This document shows, in pieces, positions 45,310-55,463 of a DNA stretch of 64,000 bases. The translations under genes were made by a program, and so were the position numbers. The stretch lies in assembly GCF_023715725.1 (NCBI RefSeq), contig NZ_JAMBOT010000005.1, positions 316,538 to 380,537 on the forward strand. Direction: 5' to 3'. Every line of letters starts with the position of its first letter. Positions within the stretch are counted from its first letter, which is position 1. Source of the DNA: Paenibacillus pasadenensis. Lineage in GTDB: Bacteria > Bacillota > Bacilli > Paenibacillales > Paenibacillaceae. The notes under the pieces are model-generated. The model had not been told where the DNA came from. It saw nothing but the letters and a program-made list of their open reading frames with translations, and searched no databases.

Positions 45310-46530
45310 ATGGCCAAGTCCAAATTCGGCAACATGGATCCCGTCACGACGCAGAAAACATCCAAACATTTTAAACGCTGGAGACAGGAAAAAATCTGGA
45401 ACCGGCAAGGGCGCGACTATTCGTTCACCGTGCCTAACAGCAAGCCGGATCTGGAATTCCTTCATCATAACCGCATCAAGCCGTCCATGACCTGGATCGG
45501 CCATTCCACCTTCCTGCTGCAGCTGGCAGGCGTTAATATCGTTACGGACCCGGTCTGGTCGGGCAAAATGGCGCTGCAAAAAAGGCTGACCCCTCCCGGC
45601 GTGCCGCTGGAGCTGATGCCTCCGATCGATCTTGTGCTGGTGTCCCACTCCCATTACGATCATCTGCATATCAACTCGCTTCGCAGGCTCGGCGGCTCCA
45701 AAACGATCCTCGTTCCGGCGGGACTCGGCGCCAAGTTAAAGGGAAAGGGCTTTACCCGAGTTCATGAGCTGCACTGGTGGGAAAGCTTTCACTTCCGCGG
45801 CTTGAAGCTGACGTTTGTGCCGAGCCAGCACTGGACGCGCCGCAATCCGTGGGATATGAACTCCTCGCACTGGGGCGGCTGGATCATCCAGCCCGAGCAT
45901 GGCTTGGATCACGAGCCCGGCGAAGCCACGCTGCATGGCAAAAGCTCGCATCCGCCGCAGCCTCAGCCGCCGGGCCAGGTGGAGGAGACCAATCTCCGCA
46001 CCGCCGGCTCCCCGGCGGATGGAGCTGCCTGCAGCGGCAAGCCATGGAGCGAGCAGGCCGGACCTAGCGGCGCCTCAAGCCCGCGCCGCAGCTCTGACTC
46101 CGGTCCGAAGCCGCATCAGGCCCAGCCCGGGGCGGACGAGGGAGTGTTTGATCCGTTTCATCCGGACGCTCCGCGCCCGCTTGCGGGACGGTATCCGACG
46201 GTTTATTTTGCGGGAGATACGGGGTATTTCAGAGGCTTTGCGGACATCGGCCGCAAATTCCGCATCGATGTCGCGATGCTGCCGATAGGAGCGTACGATC
46301 CCGAGGAATTCATGGGGCCGCAGCATACGACGCCGGAGCAGGCGCTTCAGGCATTTTGCGATACGAAAGCCCGGCTGTTCGTTCCGATGCACTACGGCAC
46401 ATTTAAGCTGGCCGACGACACGCCGCAGGAGGCGCTGGAACGGCTGGAAAACGCGCGGCGCAGCGGCGGAATTGAGGCGGATCGGATCGTTTTGCTGCCT
46501 CACGGGGAAACGTGGCATATGAACCGATAA
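45310..46530 (+). CDS. MBL-fold metallo-hydrolase with a ~95-aa proline/serine-rich low-complexity insertion
   Basis: HxHxDH motif (SHSHYDHL). The insertion 45901..46191 (…HPPQPQPPGQVEE…SSPRRSSDSGPKPHQAQPG…) lies between conserved beta-strands. RBS GAAAGGA lies 8 nt before ATG 45310. Confidence 0.75.
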   Translation: MAKSKFGNMDPVTTQKTSKHFKRWRQEKIWNRQGRDYSFTVPNSKPDLEFLHHNRIKPSMTWIGHSTFLLQLAGVNIVTDPVWSGKMALQKRLTPPGVPLELMPPIDLVLVSHSHYDHLHINSLRRLGGSKTILVPAGLGAKLKGKGFTRVHELHWWESFHFRGLKLTFVPSQHWTRRNPWDMNSSHWGGWIIQPEHGLDHEPGEATLHGKSSHPPQPQPPGQVEETNLRTAGSPADGAACSGKPWSEQAGPSGASSPRRSSDSGPKPHQAQPGADEGVFDPFHPDAPRPLAGRYPTVYFAGDTGYFRGFADIGRKFRIDVAMLPIGAYDPEEFMGPQHTTPEQALQAFCDTKARLFVPMHYGTFKLADDTPQEALERLENARRSGGIEADRIVLLPHGETWHMNR

Positions 46531-46631
46531 AGCCAATTTTGCACATAGACGCGCCACATCCAGGCCATGAACGCTCCAAAGAGGAATGTTATACTGTAGG
46601 GGATTTGTCATTCGACAGGAGGATTATCTAC

Positions 46632-47699
46632 ATGACCCAATCACCGCTCCGCATCGGCATCATTGGCTCGGGGGCCATCGGCAACGTTCATATGGATACA
46701 TTCAAAAAAATCCCGGAAGCCGTAGTTGCTGCGGTTACCGATACTTATCTTCCGCTTGCTCAGCAGAGAGCCAAGGAGCATGGCATTGCCGTTGTGCATG
46801 AGTCGCCCCAGCAGCTGCTGGAGGACGATTCGCTTGATGCGGTCGCGATTTGCGTTCCTAATCAATTCCATGCCTCTTTGGCAATTGAGGCGCTGAAGCA
46901 GGGCAAACATGTGCTGCTGGAAAAGCCGATGGCGATCAGCCTTGCTGACGCCCGAGCTATTCTTGACGCCAAGCATGCTTCGGGCAAAGTGCTCATGGTT
47001 GCGCATCAGATGAGGTTTAATGGACTGAGCCGTGCGATTAAAGGCATGATTGAGGACGGCAAGCTTGGGCGCATTTACAATGTGAAAACCGGCTGGTGGC
47101 GCAAAAAAGGCATTCCCGGCTGGGGCTCCTGGTTTACCCGCAAGGACATGGCCGGCGGAGGTCCGCTGATTGATATCGGCGTGCATATGCTCGATCTGTC
47201 CCTGTATTTGATGGGCAATCCGCGACCGGTTAGCGTGTTCGGCACAACCTATGCGGAGTTCGGTCCTCAGCGCAGAGGCATCGGCAGCTGGGGAACACCG
47301 AACTGGGACGGCTACTACGACGTCGAGGATTTGGCTACGGCGATGATTAAAATGGATAACGGCGCTACGCTGACGCTGGAAGTCAGCTGGGCGGCTCATT
47401 CCGCAGGGATGGGCGAGGACCCGTTTATTCATCTAATGGGCACCGAGGGCGGAGCCAGCTACGCGGGCAGCAGCGGCAGCTTTGTCACGCATGACGAAGA
47501 GAGCGTTGTGGAAGAAAATATCGTTCCGATTGAGGGTGAAGAGGATCGTATTCTGATGACGCGCCACTTCCTCGACTGCGTTGCATCCGGCCGCGAGCCG
47601 ATCAGCTCGGCGCTGACGGGCTTCACGAATAACCGGATACTGGACGCAATTTACGAGTCCTCCCGCACTGGCAGCGAGGTTAAGCTGAACTGGAACTGA
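46632..47699 (+). CDS. Gfo/Idh/MocA family NAD(P)-dependent oxidoreductase
   Basis: IGIIGSGAIGNVH Rossmann motif. C-terminal alpha/beta domain. RBS ACAGGAGGA. Confidence 0.85.
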   Translation: MTQSPLRIGIIGSGAIGNVHMDTFKKIPEAVVAAVTDTYLPLAQQRAKEHGIAVVHESPQQLLEDDSLDAVAICVPNQFHASLAIEALKQGKHVLLEKPMAISLADARAILDAKHASGKVLMVAHQMRFNGLSRAIKGMIEDGKLGRIYNVKTGWWRKKGIPGWGSWFTRKDMAGGGPLIDIGVHMLDLSLYLMGNPRPVSVFGTTYAEFGPQRRGIGSWGTPNWDGYYDVEDLATAMIKMDNGATLTLEVSWAAHSAGMGEDPFIHLMGTEGGASYAGSSGSFVTHDEESVVEENIVPIEGEEDRILMTRHFLDCVASGREPISSALTGFTNNRILDAIYESSRTGSEVKLNWN

Positions 47700-47762
47700 G
47701 GAAGCCGGGTGTTTGGCCCTGATATCGGTTACAGCAAATTGCCATATGGCATCAAGCGACGA

Positions 47763-47789
47763 ACGTCCGCATAAGCGGACGTTTTTTTG
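47763..47789 (+). terminator. Rho-independent terminator
   Basis: ACGTCCGC-ATAA-GCGGACGT followed by T7. Confidence 0.85.
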
Positions 47790-47964
47790 CTTCCCTGAAA
47801 AAATAAACAGGATTTCCCAAATTCATTGTCAAATTACAAACAGGTGTTTCATATAAATTCGAAGCTGGCACGGTAATTGGATGGATGATGGCCGGACTTA
47901 TGGCGAGGGAGGTGTTTAAAACAATAACACATGTATTGCTGGCAATCTGCGCCTTGTTCAAATA

Positions 47965-49446
47965 ATGAAAAACTTCCCTAAAGCTTTTCTATTTTTCGTG
48001 TGCGTTTGCATGCTTTCCCTCTCAACGATGGCCTGGGGAAGCGAGCCTGCCAGCGCAGCCACTTCCATCACGATTGACGGCGGCGGCGGCAATACCCGTT
48101 TGCTGACAGACTATCCGGAGCCTTACCGCAGCGATATTCTGGATTATCTGTTCAAGCCGAATTACGGAGCGGGCTACACTCATCTTAAGGTCGAAGTGGG
48201 AGCCGACGTCAATTCAACAACGGGGACCGAACCGAGCCACGCGAGGACGGAAGCGGAGAACGCCAATCCAAACATGAACCGCGGTTACAAGCTCTGGCTG
48301 ATGAGCGAGGCGAAAAAGCGGAATCCCGACATTAAGCTGGATATTTTACAATGGGGGGCTCCGGGCTGGGTCGGCAGCATGTGGTCTCAGAAAAACGCCG
48401 ATTACCTGGTCAGTTTTATAAAAGGATCTAAAAGCGTATGGGGCTGGACATTGACTACGTAGGAGGCTCCCAAAACGAAAGCTTTAACGGCAACTCGCAG
48501 CAAGCGCGCGATTACATCGTTAATATTTTGCGCCCTACGCTGGATAACAACGGGTTAAGCCATGTCAAAATCGTCGCGCCGGATATTTTAAGCTCGGACT
48601 GGGCTTTTGCCAATCGAATCGTCTCCGATCCCGCGTTAAAAGACGCAGTTGACGTGATTGGCTACCACTATGTGAACAGCTCTTCCACGGCGACCGCACA
48701 AACTGACCGTTGATCACAGCGGAAACTGGAGTATGCGTATCGGCGATCCGCTTGTGCTGCCAGGCTCTGAGGTAATTCTGGCATCCGGCACGGTTCCGTT
48801 CTCAGCGAATACTTGGCATAACCTGAAGCTTGTTTTCAGCAATACGAATATTAAGGCTTATATAGACAACAGCCTTGTGGCCGATGTGAACGACACCACT
48901 TATTCGGCAGGCTTAGTCGCTTTAGGAAGCGGCTGGAAAATTGCGCAGTATGACAATATTTCAATTAAAGCCTCCGCCCCGACAATTGTTAATCTCGCTC
49001 TAAACAAACCGGTAAGCGCGGACAGCGAGGAAACGTCCAAAGGCAATATCGCCCCGAATGGCAACGACGATGATTCTTCATCCAAATGGACGGCGAACGA
49101 CGGAGCGGCCAATCATTGGTGGAAGGTCGATTTAGGAAGCGCGCAGCAGCTGATCGGCACAGAGGTGAGATGGGAGAGCAACAGCGCTTATAAGTATAAA
49201 ATAGATGTTTCAAACGACAACGCCGCCTGGACGACGGTTGTTGATCAAACCGCCAATACGGTCAGCAAACAAACGAATAAAGACAGCTTTACCGCGAGCG
49301 GCCGGTATGTGAAGATCACCGTCACGGGACTGGCGGTGAACAAATGGGCGAGCTTTTACGATTTCAAGGTATTTGGCGAAACCGGTCCGAACCCGGGCGC
49401 TTTTTTTCATGGCTGGCCGCATATTGTGCGCGTAATCATGGAATAA
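47965..49446 (+). pseudogene. Degraded secreted GH59 paralog: signal peptide plus GH59 N-terminus, frameshift near 48420-48440, ~330-codon internal deletion, C-terminal lectin-like plus F5/8 type C (discoidin) domain
   Basis: Three ORF fragments (47965..48462, 48438..48713, 48733..49446) align colinearly with the intact GH59 at 11220..13334 (…GGGGNTRLLTDYPEPYRSDILDYLFKPNYGAGYTHLKVEVG…, …LDIDYVGG…, …GTVPFS…NIKAYIDNSLVA…). The catalytic core is missing. Confidence 0.8.
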
Positions 49447-49460
49447 GCTTGAATTTGCAG

Positions 49461-49922
49461 TTAATAAAAATAACAAGTTGTTGTATTAATACCGTAACTC
49501 ACCAGACTAGGAGAATCGGCAAAAGAAACGCCGAAGCTTCCGCTCGGATATTTAAAACCCAATAGATTAATTATAGTGACAATCATCTGGACGTTAACCG
49601 TTGAATACACCGCTGGTTCATAATAGATGCGATAACGGACTGTTGCGATAGAGGTTTTGTCGGCTTGGACTTGAAAGTGGTCCTCCGCTTTGGCAGGAAG
49701 GTCGCGTAAAACCGGGAGAGGGTTTTCAAACTCTCCCCAAAAAGCTTGCGCAATCATATTATAAGAAGTTTGGTTCATAATCCTGAATCCTAGCGAACTT
49801 GCAGTACTTGATTGGGAGTTATTTAAGGGACCAAGCAAAGAAGTCGCAATGACAAGCAAAATAAACAATACCAAGATCATTCCGAGTTTTGAGCCGTAAA
49901 GCTGTTCCTTGTCCATATTCAT
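49461..49922 (-). CDS. Hypothetical membrane-anchored protein (153 aa) in a low-GC segment
   Basis: N-terminal TM segment (LGMILVLFILLVIATSLLG). No recognisable domain. Local GC is clearly lower than surroundings. Confidence 0.45.
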   Translation of the reverse strand: MNMDKEQLYGSKLGMILVLFILLVIATSLLGPLNNSQSSTASSLGFRIMNQTSYNMIAQAFWGEFENPLPVLRDLPAKAEDHFQVQADKTSIATVRYRIYYEPAVYSTVNVQMIVTIINLLGFKYPSGSFGVSFADSPSLVSYGINTTTCYFY

Positions 49923-50118
49923 TCTATTTTCCTCCGACTATTGTTCTACTACCAACATATGAAGTTTTCATAAAAGTGTCCGGGCTGGCTCCCCAGCTCC
50001 CGGTTTCACACGCTGCCTGAAATTATGCTATACTGAACAAAGTGTGTTTTTTCACTGAAATAATGGAGATAATCGGCGGGCAACCGCCAAATATAGATGA
50101 AGGACGGGATTTGCACAA

Positions 50119-51744
50119 ATGATCAGTACGAGCGGAGTATCGCTTCGATACGGCAAACGCGCGCTTTTTGAAGATGTAAACGTCAAATTTACCCCCGGCA
50201 ACTGTTACGGCCTGATCGGAGCGAACGGAGCGGGCAAATCAACGTTTCTGAAAATTCTCTCCGGAGAGATTGAGCAGAACACTGGCGAAGTTCATATTAC
50301 GCCGGGCGAGCGTATGGCTGTTCTGAAGCAGAACCATTTCGAGTACGACGAGGTTCCGGTTCTCATGACGGTTATTATGGGCCACAAAAAGCTGTATGAC
50401 GTCATGAACGAGAAAAACGCACTCTACGCCAAAACCGATTTCACCGACGAGGACGGCATGCGCGCAGGCGAGCTGGAAGCCGAATTCGCAGACATGAACG
50501 GATGGGAAGCCGAGTCCGAAGCGGCTGAAATGCTGAACGGTCTGGGCATTACGCCGGACCAGCACGACAAGCTGATGAAGGAGCTGGACGGCAACCAAAA
50601 AATCCGCGTCCTGCTTGCTCAGGCGCTGTTTGGCTCGCCAAACATCCTGCTGCTCGATGAGCCTACCAACCACTTGGATATGCAGTCGATCGAATGGCTG
50701 GAGAAGTTCCTTTCCACCTACGAAGGCACCGTTGTTGTAGTCAGCCATGACCGTCACTTCCTGAACCAGGTTTGTACGCATATCGCGGACATCGACTTTG
50801 GCAAAGTGCAGATGTACGTAGGCAACTACGACTTCTGGTACGAGTCCAGCCAGCTGGCGCTTGCGCTCCAGCGCGACGCCAACAAGAAAAAAGAAGATAA
50901 GATGAAAGAGCTTCAAGCGTTCATCCAGCGCTTCAGCGCCAATAAATCCAAGTCCAAACAAGCGACGAGCCGAAAAAAGATGCTGGACAAAATTACGCTG
51001 GACGATATTCGTCCATCAAGCCGTAAATACCCGTTCATCAACTTTAAAGGCGAGCGCGAAGCCGGCAAGCAAATTCTGCTCATGGAAGGCCTCACCAAAA
51101 CGGTGGACGGCGAGCAGCTGCTGAACAACTTCACGCTTACCGTCAACAAAGGTGATAAAATTGCTTTTGTCGGTCCTAACACGCTGCCAAAAACAGCCCT
51201 GTTCCAAATCATTATGAATGAGATGGAGCCGGATGCCGGCACGTTCCAATGGGGCATTACGACGATTCAAGGTTATTTCCCTAAGGACAACTCCAAATAC
51301 TTTGAAGGCGTGGAATCCAATCTGGTTGACTGGCTGCGCCAGTATTCCAAGGATCAGGATGAGTCGTTCATCCGCGGCTTCCTGGGCCGCATGCTGTTCT
51401 CCGGCGACGAAGCGCTGAAGAAGGCCAGCGTATTGTCCGGCGGTGAGAAAGTACGCTGCATGCTCTCCAAAATGATGCTGTCCGGCGCCAACGTGCTCGT
51501 CATGGACGAACCGACCAACCACTTGGATTTGGAGTCCATTACGGCGCTCAACAACGGGCTGATCGACACGGACTGCACCGTGCTGTTCACCTCGCATGAC
51601 CATCAGTTCGTGCAGACGATTGCAAATCGTATTATCGAAATTACGCCTGGAGGCGTAATTGACCGTCTAATGACGTACGATGAATACCTTGAGAGCGCCG
51701 ATGTCAACGCTATGCGCGACCGCCTGTACGCAGGCCAAGCATAA
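50119..51744 (+). CDS. ABC-F family ATPase (two ABC domains, no TM domain; YkpA/Uup-like translation factor type)
   Basis: Two Walker A/ABC-signature/Walker B sets separated by a charged linker (…QRDANKKKEDKMKELQAFIQRFSANKSKSKQATSRKK…). Confidence 0.85.
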   Translation: MISTSGVSLRYGKRALFEDVNVKFTPGNCYGLIGANGAGKSTFLKILSGEIEQNTGEVHITPGERMAVLKQNHFEYDEVPVLMTVIMGHKKLYDVMNEKNALYAKTDFTDEDGMRAGELEAEFADMNGWEAESEAAEMLNGLGITPDQHDKLMKELDGNQKIRVLLAQALFGSPNILLLDEPTNHLDMQSIEWLEKFLSTYEGTVVVVSHDRHFLNQVCTHIADIDFGKVQMYVGNYDFWYESSQLALALQRDANKKKEDKMKELQAFIQRFSANKSKSKQATSRKKMLDKITLDDIRPSSRKYPFINFKGEREAGKQILLMEGLTKTVDGEQLLNNFTLTVNKGDKIAFVGPNTLPKTALFQIIMNEMEPDAGTFQWGITTIQGYFPKDNSKYFEGVESNLVDWLRQYSKDQDESFIRGFLGRMLFSGDEALKKASVLSGGEKVRCMLSKMMLSGANVLVMDEPTNHLDLESITALNNGLIDTDCTVLFTSHDHQFVQTIANRIIEITPGGVIDRLMTYDEYLESADVNAMRDRLYAGQA

Positions 51745-51763
51745 CGATTGCTTTCGTCATACA

Positions 51764-51805
51764 AAAGCCGCGTTTTCCTCGTTTGAGGAGAACGCGGCTT
51801 TTTTG
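51764..51805. terminator. Bidirectional rho-independent terminator
   Basis: AAAGCCGCGTTTTCCTC-GTTTG-AGGAGAACGCGGCTTTTTTG. Confidence 0.85.
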
Positions 51806-51827
51806 CGTCATCGAGGCGTATTTTGTT

Positions 51828-53006
51828 TTAACCCGTACCGTTCGTTTGACCACCGGCTTGATTGTTTTGAGGTTTGTTTTGCAGCCTTCGCTTCACAGCC
51901 GGAATTCCAAGCAGGAGAAATTGCGCCAAGGGGAGCAGCAGGAAGCCGGCAACGTCATATTGCGGGGCTTCGTTAAACAGCTCAATATATCTGGCGACAT
52001 TGGGAACGCTGATCTGGCTGCCTGCGAGCAGCAGCAATGCAATTGGCATTGCCAAAATCTGATCGTTCTGCAGCCGGAAAATTTCCCCCAGTCCTTTTGT
52101 CATTGCAAAGCTGCAGAGCAGCGATTTAAAAAATACGGAGACGATCCATAAAAAGGCCAACAGAGCTTCAGTCCGCTCCAGAAACCCGCCAATTTCTATT
52201 CGCTGCGCCAGCACAAAAGTGGGGTACAATTTTTCCTCCATCATATCGGGCCCGATTACGATTACACACAGAAGCATAACTAGGAAAAGTACGACGCCGC
52301 CCGTAAAAAAACCGTTAAAGATTGCCCGGCGCACAACCTTCCGGTCGTTATCGACATAAGGGATGAGCATGAGAAGCGCAAGCGATTCAAGAAATCCAAA
52401 GCCGAATGCTTGATAAGCGCCTTTCATCACCGGCAAGAAGCCAAAGGACATAACCGGAGTCAATTTGTGGATATCAATTTGCGGGAGCAGGCAGAGGACG
52501 AGAAACAGGAACATGGACATGAATATAGGAAACAACAGCTCGCTCATACGGGTGAAGCTTTCTTCTCCGTATCTGAGAGCAGCTGTCAGCACAACCAGAA
52601 ATCCAAGTACAATCGCCTCGGACGGCGTTTCAAGCATGAGCTGGGTCGTGATAAACAGGCTGAGGGAGCTTATTTGCGACAGCACCAGCACGTAAAAGAA
52701 AAAAACATATACAAGTCCCAGCAAGCCTCCAAACCATTTTCCTCCCAGCGCAATTGCGGCGCCGATGAGGCTCCGCCCTTGCTGGCGGCTGCCCAAAGAG
52801 GCATACAGCCAACCTACGAGCATGCCGCCGGCAAGAGCCGCAAGCATGGCTATCCAGGCATCCTGCTGGGCGGAGGCGCCCAGGAAGCTCGGCAGCACAA
52901 GAATGGAGTCTCCAATGACGCTGAACAGGATAATGGTTTTGAACTGCCGTTCCGTGATATGAATCTTTTGCGAAGTAGGCATGGAAATCCACCTGCCAAT
53001 AATCAA
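51828..53006 (-). CDS. Spore germination protein, GerAB/GerKB-type amino-acid-permease-like subunit (orphan B subunit)
   Basis: Ten TM APC-superfamily topology. N-terminal …ITERQFKTIILFSVIGDSILVLP… is typical of Ger B subunits. Paralog of 55464..56621. Confidence 0.8.
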   Translation of the reverse strand: MIIGRWISMPTSQKIHITERQFKTIILFSVIGDSILVLPSFLGASAQQDAWIAMLAALAGGMLVGWLYASLGSRQQGRSLIGAAIALGGKWFGGLLGLVYVFFFYVLVLSQISSLSLFITTQLMLETPSEAIVLGFLVVLTAALRYGEESFTRMSELLFPIFMSMFLFLVLCLLPQIDIHKLTPVMSFGFLPVMKGAYQAFGFGFLESLALLMLIPYVDNDRKVVRRAIFNGFFTGGVVLFLVMLLCVIVIGPDMMEEKLYPTFVLAQRIEIGGFLERTEALLAFLWIVSVFFKSLLCSFAMTKGLGEIFRLQNDQILAMPIALLLLAGSQISVPNVARYIELFNEAPQYDVAGFLLLPLAQFLLLGIPAVKRRLQNKPQNNQAGGQTNGTG

Positions 53007-53313
53007 GATAAGTACCGTAATTTGTTAACACTGCTTACGTAGTCTTTCCTCATGAGGGGAATATATCCGGCAGCGCAGCAGATTCAGCCTCATCTAAGTG
53101 CCAAACATAGTACAAATCGTTGCTCATCTGCAGTAGGCAAACCACCGCATGGGTATTACAATTCAATGGAGCGGAATTTTTGTCTGGAAAATAATATTTT
53201 TCCGAATTACTATAGAATGCAGGAGAAGCCGGCATGGCCGGATGCCATAATTATAATGTAAGCGGTTTCTGTAAGGGGACTGTGAAACGATCAAAGACAG
53301 GGGTTTGATAAAG

Positions 53314-55389
53314 ATGAATCGCAAGTTCAAGCATGCTCCAGCCAGCCCAAAGCTGCCTGTGCTTATGCACGGGGCGGACTATAACCCGGATCAATGGCTT
53401 CACGATCCCGCCGTACTGGAAGAGGATATCCGGCTGATGAAGCTGGCCGGCTGCAATGTGATGGCGGTCGGCATTTTTGCGTGGACGGCGCTGGAGCCCG
53501 AGGAAGGCCGCTTCGAGTTCGGCTGGATGGACCGGCTGCTCGATACGTTTGCGGAAAACGGCATTTACGCTTGGCTCGCCACGCCGAGCGGCGCACGTCC
53601 GGCGTGGATGTCGGAGAAATACCCCGAGGTGCTCCGCACCGGACCTAACCGGGTCCGCAACTTGCACGGATTAAGGCATAACCACTGCTATAGCTCCCCG
53701 GTATACCGCGATAAAGTAAACATAATGAACACTCGCCTGGCAGAGCGCTATAGCTCGCATCCGGCGGTTATCGGCTGGCATATTTCCAATGAGTACGGCG
53801 GCGAATGCCATTGCAGCTATTGCCAAGATGCCTTCCGGGAATGGCTGAAGGAAAAGTACGGCACGCTGGATGCGCTGAACAAGGCATGGTGGGCGGCTTT
53901 CTGGAGCCATACGTACACGTCCTGGGAGCAGGTTGAATCGCCTGCGCCGCATGGAGAATCCATGGTACACGGCCAAAATCTCGATTGGCACCGGTTCGTG
54001 ACGCATCAGACGACGGATTTTTACCTCGCTGAGATCGCGCCTCTTAAAGCGGTTAATTCGGAGCTTCCGTGCACGGCGAATTTGATGGACCTATTCTATG
54101 ATCTGGACTATCGCGTATTGGCCAAGGCGCTGGACGTTATTAGCTGGGACGCTTATCCGATGTGGCATAAGGAAGCTTCCGACGTTGGTATGGCGACCTG
54201 GTTCGGCTTCAATCATGATATTTTCCGTACGCTGAAACAAAAGCCGTTTTTGCTTATGGAGAGCACGCCAAGCTTGACCAACTGGCAGTCGGTAAGCAAG
54301 CTTAAACGTCCCGGCATGCACCGTCTCAGCTCGCTGCAGGCGATTGCTCACGGCTCGGATTCCGTTCAATATTTCCAATGGCGCAAAAGCCGCGGCTCCA
54401 GCGAAAAGTTCCATGGAGCGGTCGTTGACCACGTTGGACATGAGCATACCCGTGTATTTCGCGACGTAGCAGAGCTTGGGGAAGAGCTGGCAAGCCTCAG
54501 CGAGCTGGTCGGCACAAGCGTACCGGCAGAGGCGGCCATTCTGTTCGATTGGGACAACCGTTGGGCCGTTAACGATGCGCAGGGCCCGCGCAACAGCGGG
54601 CTGCACTACGAACAGACAGTTGTGCAGCATTACCGCGCACTGTGGGAGCAGGGCGTGCCGGTCGATGTGATCGGCTCTGACGACCCGCTAGACGGGTACA
54701 AGCTGCTCGTTCTGCCGATGACCTATTTGCTGCGGCAGGATGCCGGCGAGCGAATCGAGGCGTTTGTGCGCGCAGGCGGCACGGTGGCAATGACTTATTG
54801 GAGCGGCGTTGTGGACGAGCATGATCTTTGCCGGCTCGACGGCTTCCCAGGGCCGCTGCGCGCAGCGGCTGGCATATGGGCCGAGGAAATTGAAGGGCTG
54901 CATGACGGAGAAAGCAATGAAGCGGTTATGCAGCCGGGCAACCCGTTAGGCTTGGAAGGCAGCTACCGGATCCATGAGCTATGCGAACTGATCCATACCG
55001 AGGGAGCGGAAACGCTGGCGGCATACGGTCAGGACTTCTACGCCGGACGCCCGATGTTAACGTTAAACCGGTTCGGCGAAGGCAAAGTGTACTACCTGGC
55101 TGCAAGAGTTGCTGACAACGCCTTCTACGACGCTTATTATGGAGCGCTCGTCCGCGAGGCGGGAGTACGCCGGGCTTTGGAGGCGGAATTGCCTTCCGGC
55201 GTTACGGCTCAACTGCGTACCGACGGGGAAAAGGACTATGTATTCCTGCTCAATTTCTCCGGCGAGGCGGCAGAGGTGAAGCTGCAGGAGCAAGGCCTGA
55301 CGCTGCTTCCTTCGGGAGAGTCTGTGCCGGATACGGTTGCTTTGGAAGCGAATGAAGCGCTGCTGCTGCAGCGCCGCGCCCGCAGCTAA
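53314..55389 (+). CDS. GH42 beta-galactosidase
   Basis: GH42 TIM-barrel N-terminus (…LMHGADYNPDQW…) plus trimerisation and C-terminal beta-sandwich domains. The ORF could start at 53305. Confidence 0.85.
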   Translation: MNRKFKHAPASPKLPVLMHGADYNPDQWLHDPAVLEEDIRLMKLAGCNVMAVGIFAWTALEPEEGRFEFGWMDRLLDTFAENGIYAWLATPSGARPAWMSEKYPEVLRTGPNRVRNLHGLRHNHCYSSPVYRDKVNIMNTRLAERYSSHPAVIGWHISNEYGGECHCSYCQDAFREWLKEKYGTLDALNKAWWAAFWSHTYTSWEQVESPAPHGESMVHGQNLDWHRFVTHQTTDFYLAEIAPLKAVNSELPCTANLMDLFYDLDYRVLAKALDVISWDAYPMWHKEASDVGMATWFGFNHDIFRTLKQKPFLLMESTPSLTNWQSVSKLKRPGMHRLSSLQAIAHGSDSVQYFQWRKSRGSSEKFHGAVVDHVGHEHTRVFRDVAELGEELASLSELVGTSVPAEAAILFDWDNRWAVNDAQGPRNSGLHYEQTVVQHYRALWEQGVPVDVIGSDDPLDGYKLLVLPMTYLLRQDAGERIEAFVRAGGTVAMTYWSGVVDEHDLCRLDGFPGPLRAAAGIWAEEIEGLHDGESNEAVMQPGNPLGLEGSYRIHELCELIHTEGAETLAAYGQDFYAGRPMLTLNRFGEGKVYYLAARVADNAFYDAYYGALVREAGVRRALEAELPSGVTAQLRTDGEKDYVFLLNFSGEAAEVKLQEQGLTLLPSGESVPDTVALEANEALLLQRRARS

Positions 55390-55419
55390 CATGCACGCGC
55401 CATCTCACACAGCATGTAA

Positions 55420-55452
55420 AAGGGGCTGTCCATACGGACAGCTCCCTTTTGG
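55420..55452. terminator. Bidirectional terminator
   Basis: AAAAGGGGCTGTCC-ATAC-GGACAGCTCCCTTTTGG. Confidence 0.7.
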
Positions 55453-55463
55453 CTACCAACCGT

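Noticed and set aside
46641-47432. 263-aa antisense ORF opposite the Gfo/Idh/MocA gene
   Set aside because: No RBS. The sense strand has a Rossmann GxGxxG motif and a good RBS.
50239-51603. Antisense ORFs (240 aa, 195 aa) opposite the ABC-F gene
   Set aside because: The sense strand carries two complete ABC cassettes; the antisense frames are compositional artefacts.
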